This document shows, piece after piece, positions 39,520 through 51,988 of a stretch of 64,000 bases of DNA. Every line of letters starts with the position of its first letter. Positions within the stretch are counted from its first letter, which is position 1. A model generated the notes under the pieces. That model ran no database searches, was not told the origin of the DNA, and was given only the letters and a program-made list of their open reading frames with translations. This stretch comes from Octopus sinensis (taxonomy: Eukaryota). The stretch spans positions 104,036,001 through 104,100,000 of the forward strand of contig NC_043003.1 in NCBI RefSeq assembly GCF_006345805.1. Direction: 5' to 3'. A program made the translations under genes and the position numbers.

Positions 39520-41000
39520 TTTAACGTCCGTTTTCCATTCTAGCATGGGTTGGACAGTTTGACTGTGGGCTGGCAAACCAGATGGCTGCACCAGGCTCCA
39601 GTCTTGATCTGGCAGAGTTTCTACAGCTGGATGCTCTTCTTAACACCATTTATGTCTCCATAAGTTAGCAGTTTGACAAAAAAGACCGATAGTATCTTGT
39701 ACCCTGGAATCTTTGCTGTACTTGTTGCCAACCCTCGCCTTGCTGGTAGCATCCCTGTACAAGGCTTGTACAACTCTCACCAACTGCTCGTCTATCCCTA
39801 GTTTCTGCATTGACCCACCAGATAAGGGATTGAGGGACCCTGTCTAAAGCTTTCTCCAATCAACAAAAGCAAGTACAGAGGTTTATCATTGGCTAGGTGT
39901 TTCTCCTGCAGTTGTCTTCCCAGAACTATAGCAACACTGGTGCTTCTCCCTGGCACAAAACCAAACTGCATCCCATCTAGACTAACTCTCTCCCTAATTA
40001 GTTGGGCTATGACCCTCTCTGTGACTTTCATCACCTGATGCAACAATTTGATACCTCTGTAATTATTTCTGTCTAAGGCATCACCTTTACCTTTGTAGCA
40101 GTTGACTATGGTGTTGCTACACCAGTCATTGTGTATGGCTCCTTCGTGAACTATCTGATTTACAATACAAATTACTAGACCATAATCAACACCACCAGAT
40201 ATTTTAAGCATCACAGCAGTGATTGCTGATGGGCTGGGGGGGGGGGGGGAGAGTGTCCTGTCTTCATATCCTTAATTGCCTTATCTACCAGGGTATTGTA
40301 GGTAGTTGGTACTTCAGTTGGAACAATCTTTGGCAGACTCTCCTCCTCCCATTCATTCTCCACATTCAGCAGTCTTTCATAATGGCATTTTCAAGCCTCC
40401 TCCTTTGCAGAATCATAAATGCAAGTGCACCATCATCCATGCAGACACATTTCTCTCCTATGACATCACAATTTTCTATCACACACTATTTTGCAATCAG
40501 AAATATTTCAGTTCTTTGGTCCTTGTGTCACTGAACCTAGGCAAACTTCTTCTTTTCTGCTTCTCCTTTGGTTAAATATACTTGTCTCCTAGCTTCCCTC
40601 CTGGCCATCTGATACAGTTCCCTGCTACCCCTACACTTACAGGCCTGTTTCTTTACTCAAACGGCCCTCTCTACAGTATTGTTCCTCTACCACATTACCC
40701 TAGGTCTGGAAGGGGCTTTGCACCAGCCAAAGATTTGGTCTGTGGCACTCAGCAAGCTGTTCTGCAAGAATTCCCAGTTGCCCTCTATGTCACAAATCTG
40801 TCACTCCTCCTCCCTTCCATCAAATTTCTCAATTAAGATGTCCCTAAATCTCTGACCATATGAAGGGCCTTTAAGCTTCCAAATCCTTCTTTTCCAGATC
40901 GGTCTGCTTTTTGGCATCCTTCTGGCCTGGAGTCAAAAGTCACTAATGACTAGTCGATACATTCTTCACCAGAGAGGGTTTTTGTATTTAAGAGCAACCA
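39520..41000 (-). mobile_element. Decayed, internally deleted RTE LINE in AP1S intron 3
   Basis: RT motifs YKGKGDALDRNNYRGIKLL, QFGFVPGRST and EKAxDRVP. The upstream linker reads RRIWKLK...NWEFLQNSLLSATDQ. The RT is joined directly to the RTE 3' tail at ~39520-39660. Confidence 0.85.
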
Positions 41001-42180
41001 TACATTCCGCTATTCTAAATATTATTCTAAAAACTATTTTTTTACTCTATGAATGAAACTTTTAATTCAAGGGCTTTTGTAGAGTTTTAAAACACATAAA
41101 CTGGGTCAAGCTTACTGCTGAGAAACAAATAAAACATAGCTAAGAAATAACAGTCACAGACAACAATGACAGCCTCAAATAATTATTCATTTTAATGTGC
41201 ACTTTCTCAGGCTTACATGTGATGGACAGTATTTATTAGAGTAGATTTTCTATGGCCAGATGCCCTTCCTATCACCAACTTCCACCTGTTTCCAAACAAG
41301 CTAATATTTCCTCATGGCCACACATGAATATTGGACATGAACGACATTCATTCTTACAACTGTGATGCGATGTGAAGACAGGGTGACAAACACACAAAGT
41401 TATTTTAAACTCATGAAATGGATTTTTTTCCACTTTGGAAATGAGCATAGTGCTGAATTGTATCTCTGTTCCTTTTCTTCAGACATTCACACATAATCGT
41501 CATCATACAAGCATTGTTGCTTGTTTCTAGTTTTCTGTGAATCACATGTCTGAACACGGGGAAATATCTTGTTTGGAAACGGGTAGTGGTTAGCAACAGG
41601 AAAGGCGTCCAGTTGTAGAAAAGCTGTCTCAACAAATTCCATGCAAGCATGGAAAAATGGATATTAAATGGTAATACAAGTTTCTATATATATCATAACA
41701 TCCACTTTTCTATGTTTGCATAGTTCAGAGTTTGAGATAGGTTTCCAATCCTATTGCCAACCGTCACTCGTTTCCAAGCAACATAATATTCTTCATGGCC
41801 AGATATGTTCGTGCAGAATACTGGAAATGAATGACACTGCTTGTAGGACAGTGACACTCATTTTTACAACTATCATGCTATGTCAAGACAAGGTAATATG
41901 AACACACACACAATGGGCTCCTTTCTGCCTCCCTTTATCAAATCCACTCACAAAACATTGGTCAGCTTGGAGCTATAGAAGAAGACACTTGCCCAAGGTG
42001 CCAAACAATGGGACTAAACCAAGAACTATGTTGTTGGGAATTATGTGGTTGGGAAGCTGCATCTATTAGCAATCATAGAGAAAAGTTGCATATATAACAA
42101 AAATTCTTTTTCTGTGCAAAACATTTTCGCAAAACGCTCAAAGTATATGCATAACAGTGATAAGGCCAAACAATACTTAC

Positions 42181-42289
42181 GCTGCCAAAATATTTATCAA
42201 GCAATTCAACATATCTGTGTATGATTTCAAGTGTTAATAATTCATTGTCAGCTGGTTCAATGGCACAACAGAAGTAAAGGCTGGCATAT
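42181..42289 (-). CDS. AP1S: AP-1 sigma exon 3 (109 nt): (R)[36 protein letters not shown]
   Basis: Acceptor ttttgctttcAG, donor GTAAGT, phases 2/0 match the neighbours. The dileucine-pocket residues A63 and V88 fall at sigma-1A numbering when the ATG exon is included. Confidence 0.98.
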
Positions 42290-42334
42290 CTGAAAGCAAA
42301 ATGACAAACAGTGAGCAAACTATCTCTGTATACA

Positions 42335-43348
42335 CAGGCTGTTCAAAAAACCTCTCCGCAGTCTTTAATTGCAAAATAAATATTTATAAGATGGTATAAG
42401 ACTACAAAAGGATATATTAGACTTGCTCCCCCCTCCCAAAGTCTGGCGGTGTTAAATCAGGTGATCTTGGTTGCCCAATTCCCTTTGAAATAACCCGTTC
42501 ACTGAAAAACTCTTGAAGTAGCTCCATCTTGCTGAAAGTATGCATTACTAATTTCGCTTTCAGTGAGTTGGCCTACAAATGGAGAGACAATATCCGAGCA
42601 ATATCTCTCCGTGTTGATGGTGTCTTCAAAAAATATCGGTCCCACAGTACACTTTCTTGAAATTGCTGTCCATACTCCAACTTTTGTGGGATGCAGAGGT
42701 TGCTCATGCGTCACATGTGGATTCTCAGTGCTCCATAATCTTGTGTTTTGCGAATTTATGCATCCTGACAGATGAAACCAAGCCACCCATCCAGCACTTC
42801 TATGCCTTTTTTGGCAACACAGTTTTGGAACCAATGACAATAACGAAGCCTTTTAGCATGATCCATAGTATTCAATTCTTGAATGGCCAGCACTTTGTAT
42901 AGAAGAAACAATTTCTCTTTTACTGCCATGTGAGCACTTCCTAGGCTGAGTTCTGTTTCCCGTTACAATTTGTGTAAGGACTTTGATGGGCTGGGCTTAC
43001 CAACAGTTTATCAGAAAGAAAAGTAGGCCTACCGCTTCTTGCTGCATCTTCCACTGAGCCTGTGTTTCTAAATTTTATTAACAAATCCTGCACAGTGTCC
43101 CAATGTGGAACAACAATATTTGGAAAAGTTTCACTGAACTTCTGTTTCACAGTATCTGTATATTTGTTTCCAGCTCAAAACACCAATTCAACTAAAAATG
43201 TACGTTCTTCAGTGGTTAGCATGTTGACACGCTGAAGGGTACATAATGGCTGAGGGACAATGGCTGACACCCGGCCACTCATGCAGTGATAGACAAATTG
43301 TGCATGCGCAGGATGAAAAAAATTCACTGTGGAGAGGCTTTTTGAACA
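42335..43348 (-). mobile_element. Decayed Tc1/mariner-superfamily element (maT/rosa-like)
   Basis: TIRs tgttcaaaaaacctctccgcag / ctgtggagaggctttttgaaca. Transposase remnants KFRNTGSVEDAARSGRP, WFHLSGCINSQN, PLHPTKVGVW and YFQQDGAT. Confidence 0.85.
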
Positions 43349-43662
43349 AAATAGAGGATATAACTTGGCAGGTTGTTTTCATCAGTCACACTTTTTGAAA
43401 AACTCTTAAATGAGGACACTTTCCAAAATTTCATTTGTAAAAAAAATTTTAATATTTTTAAAATCCTGTTATTTTCTTGGTCCTAAAAAATCATTTTCAC
43501 ATCAAAGGAAAAGGATTCCATTAATGCTAAATGACTACATGAGTACATTGAAGTCAGTGTTATCTATTAATCTCTCTCCTTTTATCACTCATCTTTTTAT
43601 TACTGTTGCTATTTTAAATATAATTATCTTCACCATTGTTCAATCTAGAGCAATAAAATAAC

Positions 43663-43719
<57 letters not shown>

Positions 43720-43807
43720 CTGAAGCTTCTCGAATCATAATTTTTACTGATTATTCAAACACTTGAAGTTGGGAAGTAGTATACAAGTAGAGATATCTCT
43801 CTCTTTT

Positions 43808-44007
43808 ACTCTTTTACTTGTTTCAGTCATTTGACTGCGGCCATGCTGGAGCACCGCCTTTAGTCGAGCAAATCGACCCCGGGACTTATTCTTTGTAAGC
43901 CCAGTACTTATTCTATCAGTCTCTTTTGCCGAACCACTAAGTGACGGGGACGTAACCACACCAGCATCGGTTGTCAAGCAATGCTAGGGGGACAAACACA
44001 GACACAC

Positions 44008-44060
<53 letters not shown>

Positions 44061-44226
44061 TACGACAGGCTTCTTTCAGTTTCCGTCTACCAAATCCACT
44101 CACAAGGCATTGGTCGGCCCGGGGCTATAGCAGAAGACACTTGCCCAAGATGCCACGCAGTGGGACTGAACCCGGAACCATGTGGTTGTTTAGCAAGCTA
44201 CTTACCACACAGCCACTCCTGCGCCT
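43808..44226 (-). mobile_element. tRNA-headed SINE with central microsatellite (family A), young copy
   Basis: Head aggcgcaggagtggctgtgtggtaag, B-box-like ggttcagtccc, core ttgggcaagtgtcttc, internal (TA/CA)n and tail cagtcaaatgactgaaac. Confidence 0.9.
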
Positions 44227-45491
44227 ATATAGAGATTTTGACTTGTTGTCAGGATAATCTAATAAATGTGCTGCACATACGTAATAGAGAAAGAAAGGAG
44301 TGTAAAAGAAGGACAAAAAGTTAAAATAAGAGGTGCAGGTGTAGTAGCAGGAAGAGGAGCAGAGGGAGTAAATGAGGAGTTATATAAATGAGAAATTTGT
44401 TTTATTTAATTTTAAGGCAATAAATATTTTTTGAAAATTAGAATATAATTCCTCATTTTGTAAAGGCACCAAGAAATTTGACGTATGCTCCATTAGCTGA
44501 TATTATCCAGGGTGACAAGGGTAAACTTCTCGATATAACTGTCATATGATGGGTGATACTCTACTAATGTAATAATGATGTAATATGTCTGCATTTCAGT
44601 CATTACTATAATCAAGCTGCCACAATTAGTATCCAAATTGCCCTTTATTCACACTGTATTGTACCATTTTCAAATAAAAAGGAAGGACACATAGGGAGAC
44701 TTACTGAGGTAGTACTTCACAGCAAGATGCCCTTCCTGTTGCCAAGTCTTACCTGTTTTTCAAATAAAGGACTTTCATTTTTTAATTTTACTGGTCTTTG
44801 AAAGTGCACAGCTATGGTACCTTAGTGTTTACAGGGAATGTAAATATGACATCACCAATTTGCTCAGACAGTGCTATGCAAAGATGCAGAATGTTAACAT
44901 TCATATACATGTTAACATTCATACATAGAGCTTCTGACTACTAATTACTTGTAAATGAAATTGCCCAAGTAAAGTACACATCCATACCCTTGCCTATGTC
45001 AGAGGTAAAAAAAAAGGACAAGATGGTTACAGTTGGAACATCTTTCATCACAAGTTTTCTTGACCAGAATTGGAGATTAAACAGCATAACAAGCAATGTT
45101 GTTGTTGTACAGCAGTAAAACAGATTGTCATCTTGTACCTTGAGAGTACATCCCGACACTGCATCACTACCATCTAAAACCCAATCCTAAACCCAACATT
45201 AATTCTAACACTAATCAAAACCCTCACCTTAAACCTAACCATAACCCTAACTATCTACTTAACTGCCTACCTACCTACCCATCTATCTATATTTCACTAT
45301 TTCTATCTTTTAGAGAGTGAATCTAAAACTACCTTATCCAATGTGTCTGTCCTTCCAATTTTCATAATAAGATGTGAAATGATGAAGATTTAGGTTGTTA
45401 TTTCTTCAAGATCAATTTTCTAGAATCTCTCTCACTGCTACTTCTACATGAACTGCAAACATTACTACAGTGAATAAACAAATCTACATAC

Positions 45492-45670
45492 CTTTTATAA
45501 ACTATTTTCAAATCTTTCCATTCCAGAAAGCTGCACATCTTTGGTTTCCTGGCAAGAACCAAAGTGACAAGCTCACGGGTAATCTTCTTCTTTACTTTGT
45601 CTGGGTGAGCAACATACCATTTCTGCAATCTTAATTTCCCCTGACGACTAAACAGCAACATAAATTGCAT
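45492..45670 (-). CDS. AP1S: AP-1 sigma exon 2 (179 nt): [59 protein letters not shown](R)
   Basis: Unmistakable sigma-1 N-terminus. Acceptor tttctgtttcttttccAG at 45671-45672, donor GTATGT at 45486-45491, phase 2. Confidence 0.98.
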
Positions 45671-46431
45671 CTGGAAAAGAAACAGAAAAGGACAAAAATA
45701 AAGGATATGAGCTGAGCAGAAATCAAAAGATGATCAAACGAAATGTTTTTAAAGATTCTACCTTGCCTTTCTCTTGTCTGAGTTGAACTAAATACCAATA
45801 TTATATTGAACAATTATGTCCAATCCTGAAAATTTATGGCTGAATTTCATTCCTCACATCAAGGGTTGACATTACTTTTCATCCTTTTAGATCTGACAGA
45901 TTAAACATCAATCAAATCCTTTTAGACCCTTTAGTCTCACAAGGCAACTGGTGACCTTATTAGTGCTAGGGCCACTGAAAAAGCACCCAGAACATACTGT
46001 AAAGTTGTTGTCATTAGGAAAGCAATCTAGTCATAGACATGGGAGTTGCTGCATCCTGTTGAACAGTCCTGCCCATGCAAGCAAAGAGAATGGACATTAA
46101 ATGATAATAGATTTAGTCATGTAGCTTAGCGCTAATATCAGGAACCATTAGTGTTAGCACCATCTGCTGAAGAGCAAGATTTTGGATTCGTTTGTCCTCA
46201 AATCCTAATCTAATATATAAAATCTGTTCTGTCTGTCTGTCTCTGTGCTTATAAATCGAGCATTGTTCATCTGATCGTACTGAAATTCTAAACATGGATA
46301 CATGAGAGAGCGGGGCATTCCGTAATCTAAATAGATTTTCAAAATTGTCAGTTTCAAAGTGAGAATCGCTATTTTTGTCCTGCTTTTTCTGCCATTAAAA
46401 GCAATGAATTGCACAGACAGCTGGCACATAC

Positions 46432-46434
46432 CAT
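46432..46434 (-). CDS. AP1S: AP-1 complex subunit sigma, probable ATG-only first coding exon
   Basis: Minus strand reads agtgaaATG|GTATGT, a strong donor 762 nt upstream of exon 2, inside a CpG-enriched, repeat-poor stretch. An ATG-only first exon with a phase-0 intron is, as I recall, the conserved structure of vertebrate AP1S1/AP1S3. Exon 2 also begins with ATG, so this exon is not strictly required. Confidence 0.6.
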
Positions 46435-47142
46435 TTCACTGGCAACAAGGGGAGTACAGGATGACAGTCAGCCAAAACCTTCGCTATACTATCACTTTTG
46501 TTTCCTCTCTCTGTCTCTCTTATGATGTCCAATTTCACTTGAAGTTGTATATATATTGTGTTAAGATTCGTTATCAATCAATTATCCTTATTGAGAAGGA
46601 AACAGTCAAAGGTAACCACCACATACAATCACCAAACATCTCCACTTCTTAATACCGTCCACGTTAACTCTCTTCACCTTTACAGCTGGCATGAAAAACT
46701 ACGAGGAAAAGGCAACCATTTTAATTAAGCAAAAAAGAGAAAAAATTGATTGCTATTAAAACGCATAAAATTTTGGGGTTAATCTTAATTTTTAGTTACA
46801 GTTTCTCAATAAAAACTACATAATAGGCAGAATTGTCAGATTAAGACAGTAGGGTGTTTTGAGGGAGATTTGGCTGCTATTTTCACCAGGTCTAGCTACC
46901 ATGTAGAGGTCTCCCTCATTGGCACATACATACATACATAAAATTGAAATAAAATACTTAAAGCAACAGGCACCAAATACAAAAGCCAAGGTCCACACAG
47001 TGTCATAGGCCAAAAATATTTCCACCGTCTTGCCTAAAGCAAGCCCAGAGCAATCTCTTATCTCTTACACTATTTCAGTATTACATCTCTATTGTAATAT
47101 GAGATAATACTTTCAGTTTGAAAGAAGTCTGCCATATATATA

Positions 47143-47700
47143 TCTTTTATGATAAAAGGCAGATTTTCTCTGCCTGTTACCGTGTTTGTTTTTAATACAA
47201 TTCTACAATATAGAATTTCTTCAATTGGAATTTACCTATGATTTTTCGAAGTAGATTCAATTAGGTCATGGCATGTAAAGTTTTTTCAATTTGACCCCCA
47301 ATTAAGCAAAAATTCGAGAAAAGTAAATATTTTACGATTTGCCTCTCTAATTTCAACTGCTTCACTCCTGCTATTACCACACTTTCTCCTACTTTCTCTT
47401 TGCAAGTGTACCTTAAACCACTACTCAAAAAAATACAGAGCAAACAGAAACAAATAAATACATAACGATTTACTCCTCACACAATTTCTTCAATTTCTTC
47501 AATTGGAATTTACCTATGATTTTTCGAAGTACATTCCATTCGGTCATGGCATATAAATTTCTTTCAATTTGACCCCCAATTAAGCAAAAATTCGAGAAAA
47601 CTCAATATTTTACGATTTCCCTCTCTCACTTCAAAGGCTTTACTCCACCTATTACAACACTTTCTCCTACTTTGTCTTTACACACACACACATGCAAACA
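47143..47700 (+). repeat. Repeat with two ~188-bp direct copies (47214-47401 and 47492-47679), possibly Helitron-derived
   Basis: The copies align by eye at roughly 80-85% identity. They are preceded by A|TCTTTTATGATAAAAGGCAG and the hairpin aggcag...ctgcct. Confidence 0.6.
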
Positions 47701-48285
47701 TATACATATATGACAGTGACAAACACAAACGTTTCAAACAGCTACATACAAACACTCAAACACACACACACGTGTGTGTTTGTTATTAGTAAAAAAGGTG
47801 CCAAACACAATTCACTTTCTCATTTGAATACATTTGCAAACACACAGCAACATTTCACTGATATATGGTGAGTAGATGCTAGCCGCTCACATTATGAGTT
47901 ACACTATTACACCAATTGTACTGGGACTGATGTCTACTTCCCGTTAGTTTTTAGTGTCCAGGAAACAAAACTTTCTCGAGAAATAACAAAAAAAAACGCC
48001 TAGATTTTACAAATGACTTTAAGAAACGATAGGAACTAAGTTCAGTTGAAGAAAAGAGACAGATTTAAGGAAACCAGACGGTCGAATTAGAATAACTCAA
48101 CAGAAAAGGTAAATTGGTTTTTAATTTACTTTCTGTCGCTAGGTTTTCGTAGCATTAATTTGCGAGCGTACTTCAGTTGTCAATTGTTGAAAGAAAATTG
48201 TAAGCTAAGAAGGTGTGTGTGTGTGTGTGTGTAGGAAGTGAAGGATAAATATATGGCAAGAAGTGGACAGATGCACATACATACA

Positions 48286-48318
<33 letters not shown>

Positions 48319-48356
48319 GTGTGTGTGTGTATGAATGTGTATTAATGTGTGTGTTA

Positions 48357-48742
48357 TCTCTATATAAAGCTGAAGTTGTCTGTGTATGCCAGGTTTGGTA
48401 ACCTTCAACTAACACTATCTCCTCCGAGACCCTGTGGCGCAAGTTGACCAAAATTGAGAGTATGATAGAAGGGTTGCTCTTCCTTCCGTAGAAGATAAAA
48501 TTCAAATCGGACCATGTTAACACCAAAAATTATTTACATCAAAAAGGTGCTTTTTTTTCTATGAAAATCCCTATTTTTTACTATCTTTTCACTGCTGTGT
48601 CGCCGCTTTTCGGTGTATTTCAACCAGAAAAATGTTCACTTGAAGAGAATAACAAGCTACATAATGCAAAATTTTTACTTTTCAAAAATTCCAATTCCAG
48701 CGGGTCAAAACAAACCCGAGCAATGCCGGGCGATACTGCTAG
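48357..48742 (+). mobile_element. Non-autonomous Helitron
   Basis: A|TCTCTATATAAAG 5' end, 3' hairpin cccg-agcaatgc-cggg, then CTAG|T. No TSD. Confidence 0.85.
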
Positions 48743-48760
48743 TATATATATATATACATA

Positions 48761-50205
48761 TCTATATTATATATATCTTATGCATTCCAAAACCGAATTA
48801 CAGATTTTGATGTATGGGGTATCAAAAGATTCACTATTATTTCAGCTACAAATTAAACTTAATTTCCATTTTCCATTCACATATTTGCATTTCAAAAATT
48901 TAACATCATAATTTTTTCCATAAATCAACTATCGTAAACATTTTATACAATTACATCACATTTTCTATATGTGTATGTACCTTAAAAGACATCTATCATC
49001 ATGACACACACCTTCACACACTATCTCTTTCATGCACACACACACACGTCCATTTCATGTAGACAAACATACATCTTTCACTTTCTTTCTGTCCTTTTCG
49101 CTTTCTCTTCTTTCAATTTCTGCTCTCTTCAAATAAATTTTTACAGAATGAGCGTGTCACTCTATTTGATTAATTTATACTGCATATTGAAATAAAAACA
49201 TACTATATACATACAACTGCTTACAAAAACAGGGATTAATGTATAATTCCTTTCTATGTTCATTATTTTTTGTTTACAATATTGAAAAAAGTATACCACC
49301 AAAGAAAAGATGTAATCTCTCCAGAAACAAGTATAAAGCAAGGAGGATTGTAGAAAACCAAAGGTGAGAATCCAAAGAAAGGAGCGATCATTAAATCAAT
49401 GTTTTAATGATTAGACAGAGGTCCAATAGAATGGCTCTCAGAAACAGACTATGTGCAAATTCGTTCTTTACAACTCCTGAAGCTGTTTTCAGATATGATC
49501 CACCCCATTCTTATAAAGACGATAACTGTCCAAATTGGTGTGCTAAACACAAATTGACGTTTCTGTAGAGCTTTAAAATTTTCAAATGAAACAAATGGTA
49601 TGTGCTGCTCAGGCAGTCAGGTAACATTGCCAGCACTACCAGCTCCTTCTGAAACTCTGATGGATCTTCTAGAAAGCACTTCCATCCAGTCAAAGGATTT
49701 TCTGAACAATATCAGATAATACGACTCTGCAAATGACATTGTTTGGTGCATCTAAGAAGATAGATAAACATGAATTTATGCCGACATCAAAGTTCAAGGG
49801 CAAGTCTATCACCTCATTGGTTCCCTGTTACCCACAATGAACAACCACAGTTCTTCCAAATTTACTTTATGAGTGATGTAGGACAACAAACCCGAAGGAA
49901 GTGTTAAAATTTCGGATGTGTTAGACAGTGCTGACTGCTGCAAAAGAGAGTATATCCACTGACAGCTTTTCGGTGTGTTCAAAAATCACATAAGCCCTCC
50001 CCCAAATTTTCCATGATAGGTTAGGACCTGAAATACTCCAAACGGACGCATAGCATGTTGCTTAGTCGAATTAGCCCATCATTTACTCCACAAATGTTTT
50101 GTCAATACTGCACTTTCCCGTAATCACATATTTCAACATAACTGTAATATATTATATACAAACTATGCCATTTTAATCCCAAGCAATGTCGGGTATCTTT
50201 GCTAG
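48761..50205 (+). mobile_element. Internally deleted Helitron with a RepHel N-terminal remnant (49293-49872)
   Basis: Decayed translation PPKKRCNLSRN...CRALKFSNETNGMCCSGSQVTLP...SKDFLNNIR*YDSA...KVQGQVYHLIGSLLP...QIYFM. 3' end ccc-aagcaatgtc-ggg...CTAG|T. The 5' TC at 48761 is tentative. Confidence 0.8.
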
Positions 50206-50237
50206 TATGTATATATATATATATTATATATATATAT

Positions 50238-51232
50238 ATCATCATCATTTAACATCTGTATTTCATGTTGGCATAGGTTGGACAGTTCCACTGGGGTCTG
50301 GGAAGCCAGAAGACTGCACCAGGTTCCAGTCTGATCTGGCAGTGTTTCTACAGCTGAATGCCCTTTCTAACGCCAACCACTCCGAGAATGTAGTGGGTGC
50401 TTTTTTTTTATGTGGAACCGGCACAGGGCCAGAGGATGGTGGCATCAACCACGATCGGATGGTACTTTTTATGTGCCATCTCCAGAGGTCTTGGTCTTTT
50501 GTCATTGCCTCTGTGAGGCCCAACGTTCTAAGATCATGCTTCACCACCTCATCCCATGTCTTTCTGGGTCTCCCTCTACCCTGGATTCCTTCCACTGTTT
50601 GGGAGTGGCACTTCTTCATGCAGCTCTCCCATCCATCCATAGTTCATGACCATACCAATGTAAATGTCTCTCATACATACCACATCCAATGCTTCTTATG
50701 TCCTCTGTGTTGATGACCTGGCCCTCATAGCAGAATCACTAATAGAACTAGAGAAGAAATTCTGTGGAAGGAAGGTTTAGAATTGAAGGGCTTTAGAGTC
50801 ACTATCGCAAAGACCAAAGTTCTAGTACCTTCAGGTAGGTGGCCCTGCTCGATCTGTAGAAAAGGTGTAGGTAGAAATTCCATAAGATGTACCCAGTGTA
50901 AGCTATGGACACTTAAGAGGTGCAGCAACATCAAAGGAAGATTAACCAGGAAGACAAATTTTTTGTGTGCAGCAGATGCACAGGGGCAATAAACACCACA
51001 GATGCTCAGAAAACAGATTCCCTCACATGCCAGGGGGAGAAACTAGGGAGTAGTTGATAGTTCCGCTACCTAGGTGACCAAGTTTGTAGTGGGGGTGGAT
51101 GTGCATAGAGTATTACTACTAGGATAAGAATAGCCTGGGCAAAGTTCAGAAAGTTTTTACCCCTACTGGTGACAAAAGGCCTCTTGCTTAGAGTGAAAGA
51201 TACATTGTACGATGTATCTGTGTGAACTGATG
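50238..51232. mobile_element. RTE-clade LINE fragment with a 5' inversion
   Basis: Minus part 50238-~50700 encodes WYGH...GRGRPRKTWDEVVKHDL plus the 3' UTR and (CAT)n tail. Plus part ~50703-51232 starts at the degenerate YADD motif (CVDDLALIAES) and runs through the Cys-rich region to RIAWAKFR. Confidence 0.85.
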
Positions 51233-51252
51233 TGTATATATACATATTTATA

Positions 51253-51460
51253 TCTATTATATAAAATCCATTCTGTCTGTGTGCGTGCGTGTCTTCTAGG
51301 ATCTGGGGCATCCTCCATCCGATTGGGCTCAAATTTGATATGTCGATACCGACAGTATCAGGGTGAAAAAATTACAAAAATCGACTTCAGATGAGAATGC
51401 GATCGATAAAGCCGTGGGAACGTGCAAGTACATCAGCTGTTGTGATCGATACTCCGCTGT
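51253..51460 (+). mobile_element. Helitron-type 5' fragment
   Basis: A|TCTATTATATAAAATCC followed by tctgtctgtgtgcgtgcgtg and ccgattgggctcaaatttg. No 3' CTAG end; it abuts the PLE. Confidence 0.55.
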
Positions 51461-51988
51461 GATTTGATATTGGGATAGGATTGTTGGGCCTAACATTGTT
51501 GCTATCATTATAATTACTGCTATTACTGCCATTATCAATGATGTTATTACTATCATGATTATTACTATAGGAATTACTGTTTTTGTTATTATTATTATTA
51601 TAGTTATTGTTACTATTATTAATATAGCCACTGTTGTTATCAATACTAAAGTCATTATTTAGGGAACTACTATCAGTTATCTCTAAGTTAGACACCATAG
51701 GTGCAGGAATAATAACTTGGTTATTGTTATTAATTTGGTTAATATCATTATAGTTCTTGGATTATTGGGTTTTGAGTGATTATTATTGTTTGCCCTTAAT
51801 CTAGCTTTTTATTCTGGTTTTATTATGCTTAGATATGAGGCATTTCATATTGGGGAGAGTCGAATATGAGATTCTAATAGTTTTAGTGGATAGAATTCTG
51901 CTATATTTATGAGTGGGTGGAAAGTTATTTGATATAATTGAAAATATTTTCTTGCATAATTTTCCTGTAACTGCTACATTATATGGTA

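Larger units (their letters stand above)
46100..48180 (-). promoter_or_regulatory. Probable AP1S promoter/5' region (CpG-retaining zone)
   Basis: About 13 CpGs in 46110-46760 against about 3 in 44300-45400 by hand count. CpGs are again frequent at 47860-48180. The zone surrounds the ATG exon. The TSS is not identifiable, and part of the interval (47143-47700) is repeat-derived. Confidence 0.4.

Noticed and set aside
47860-47875. Plus-strand ATG|GTGAGT as the first exon of a divergent gene
   Set aside because: No downstream plus-strand host exons were found in the window, which is transposon-filled from 48357 onward.
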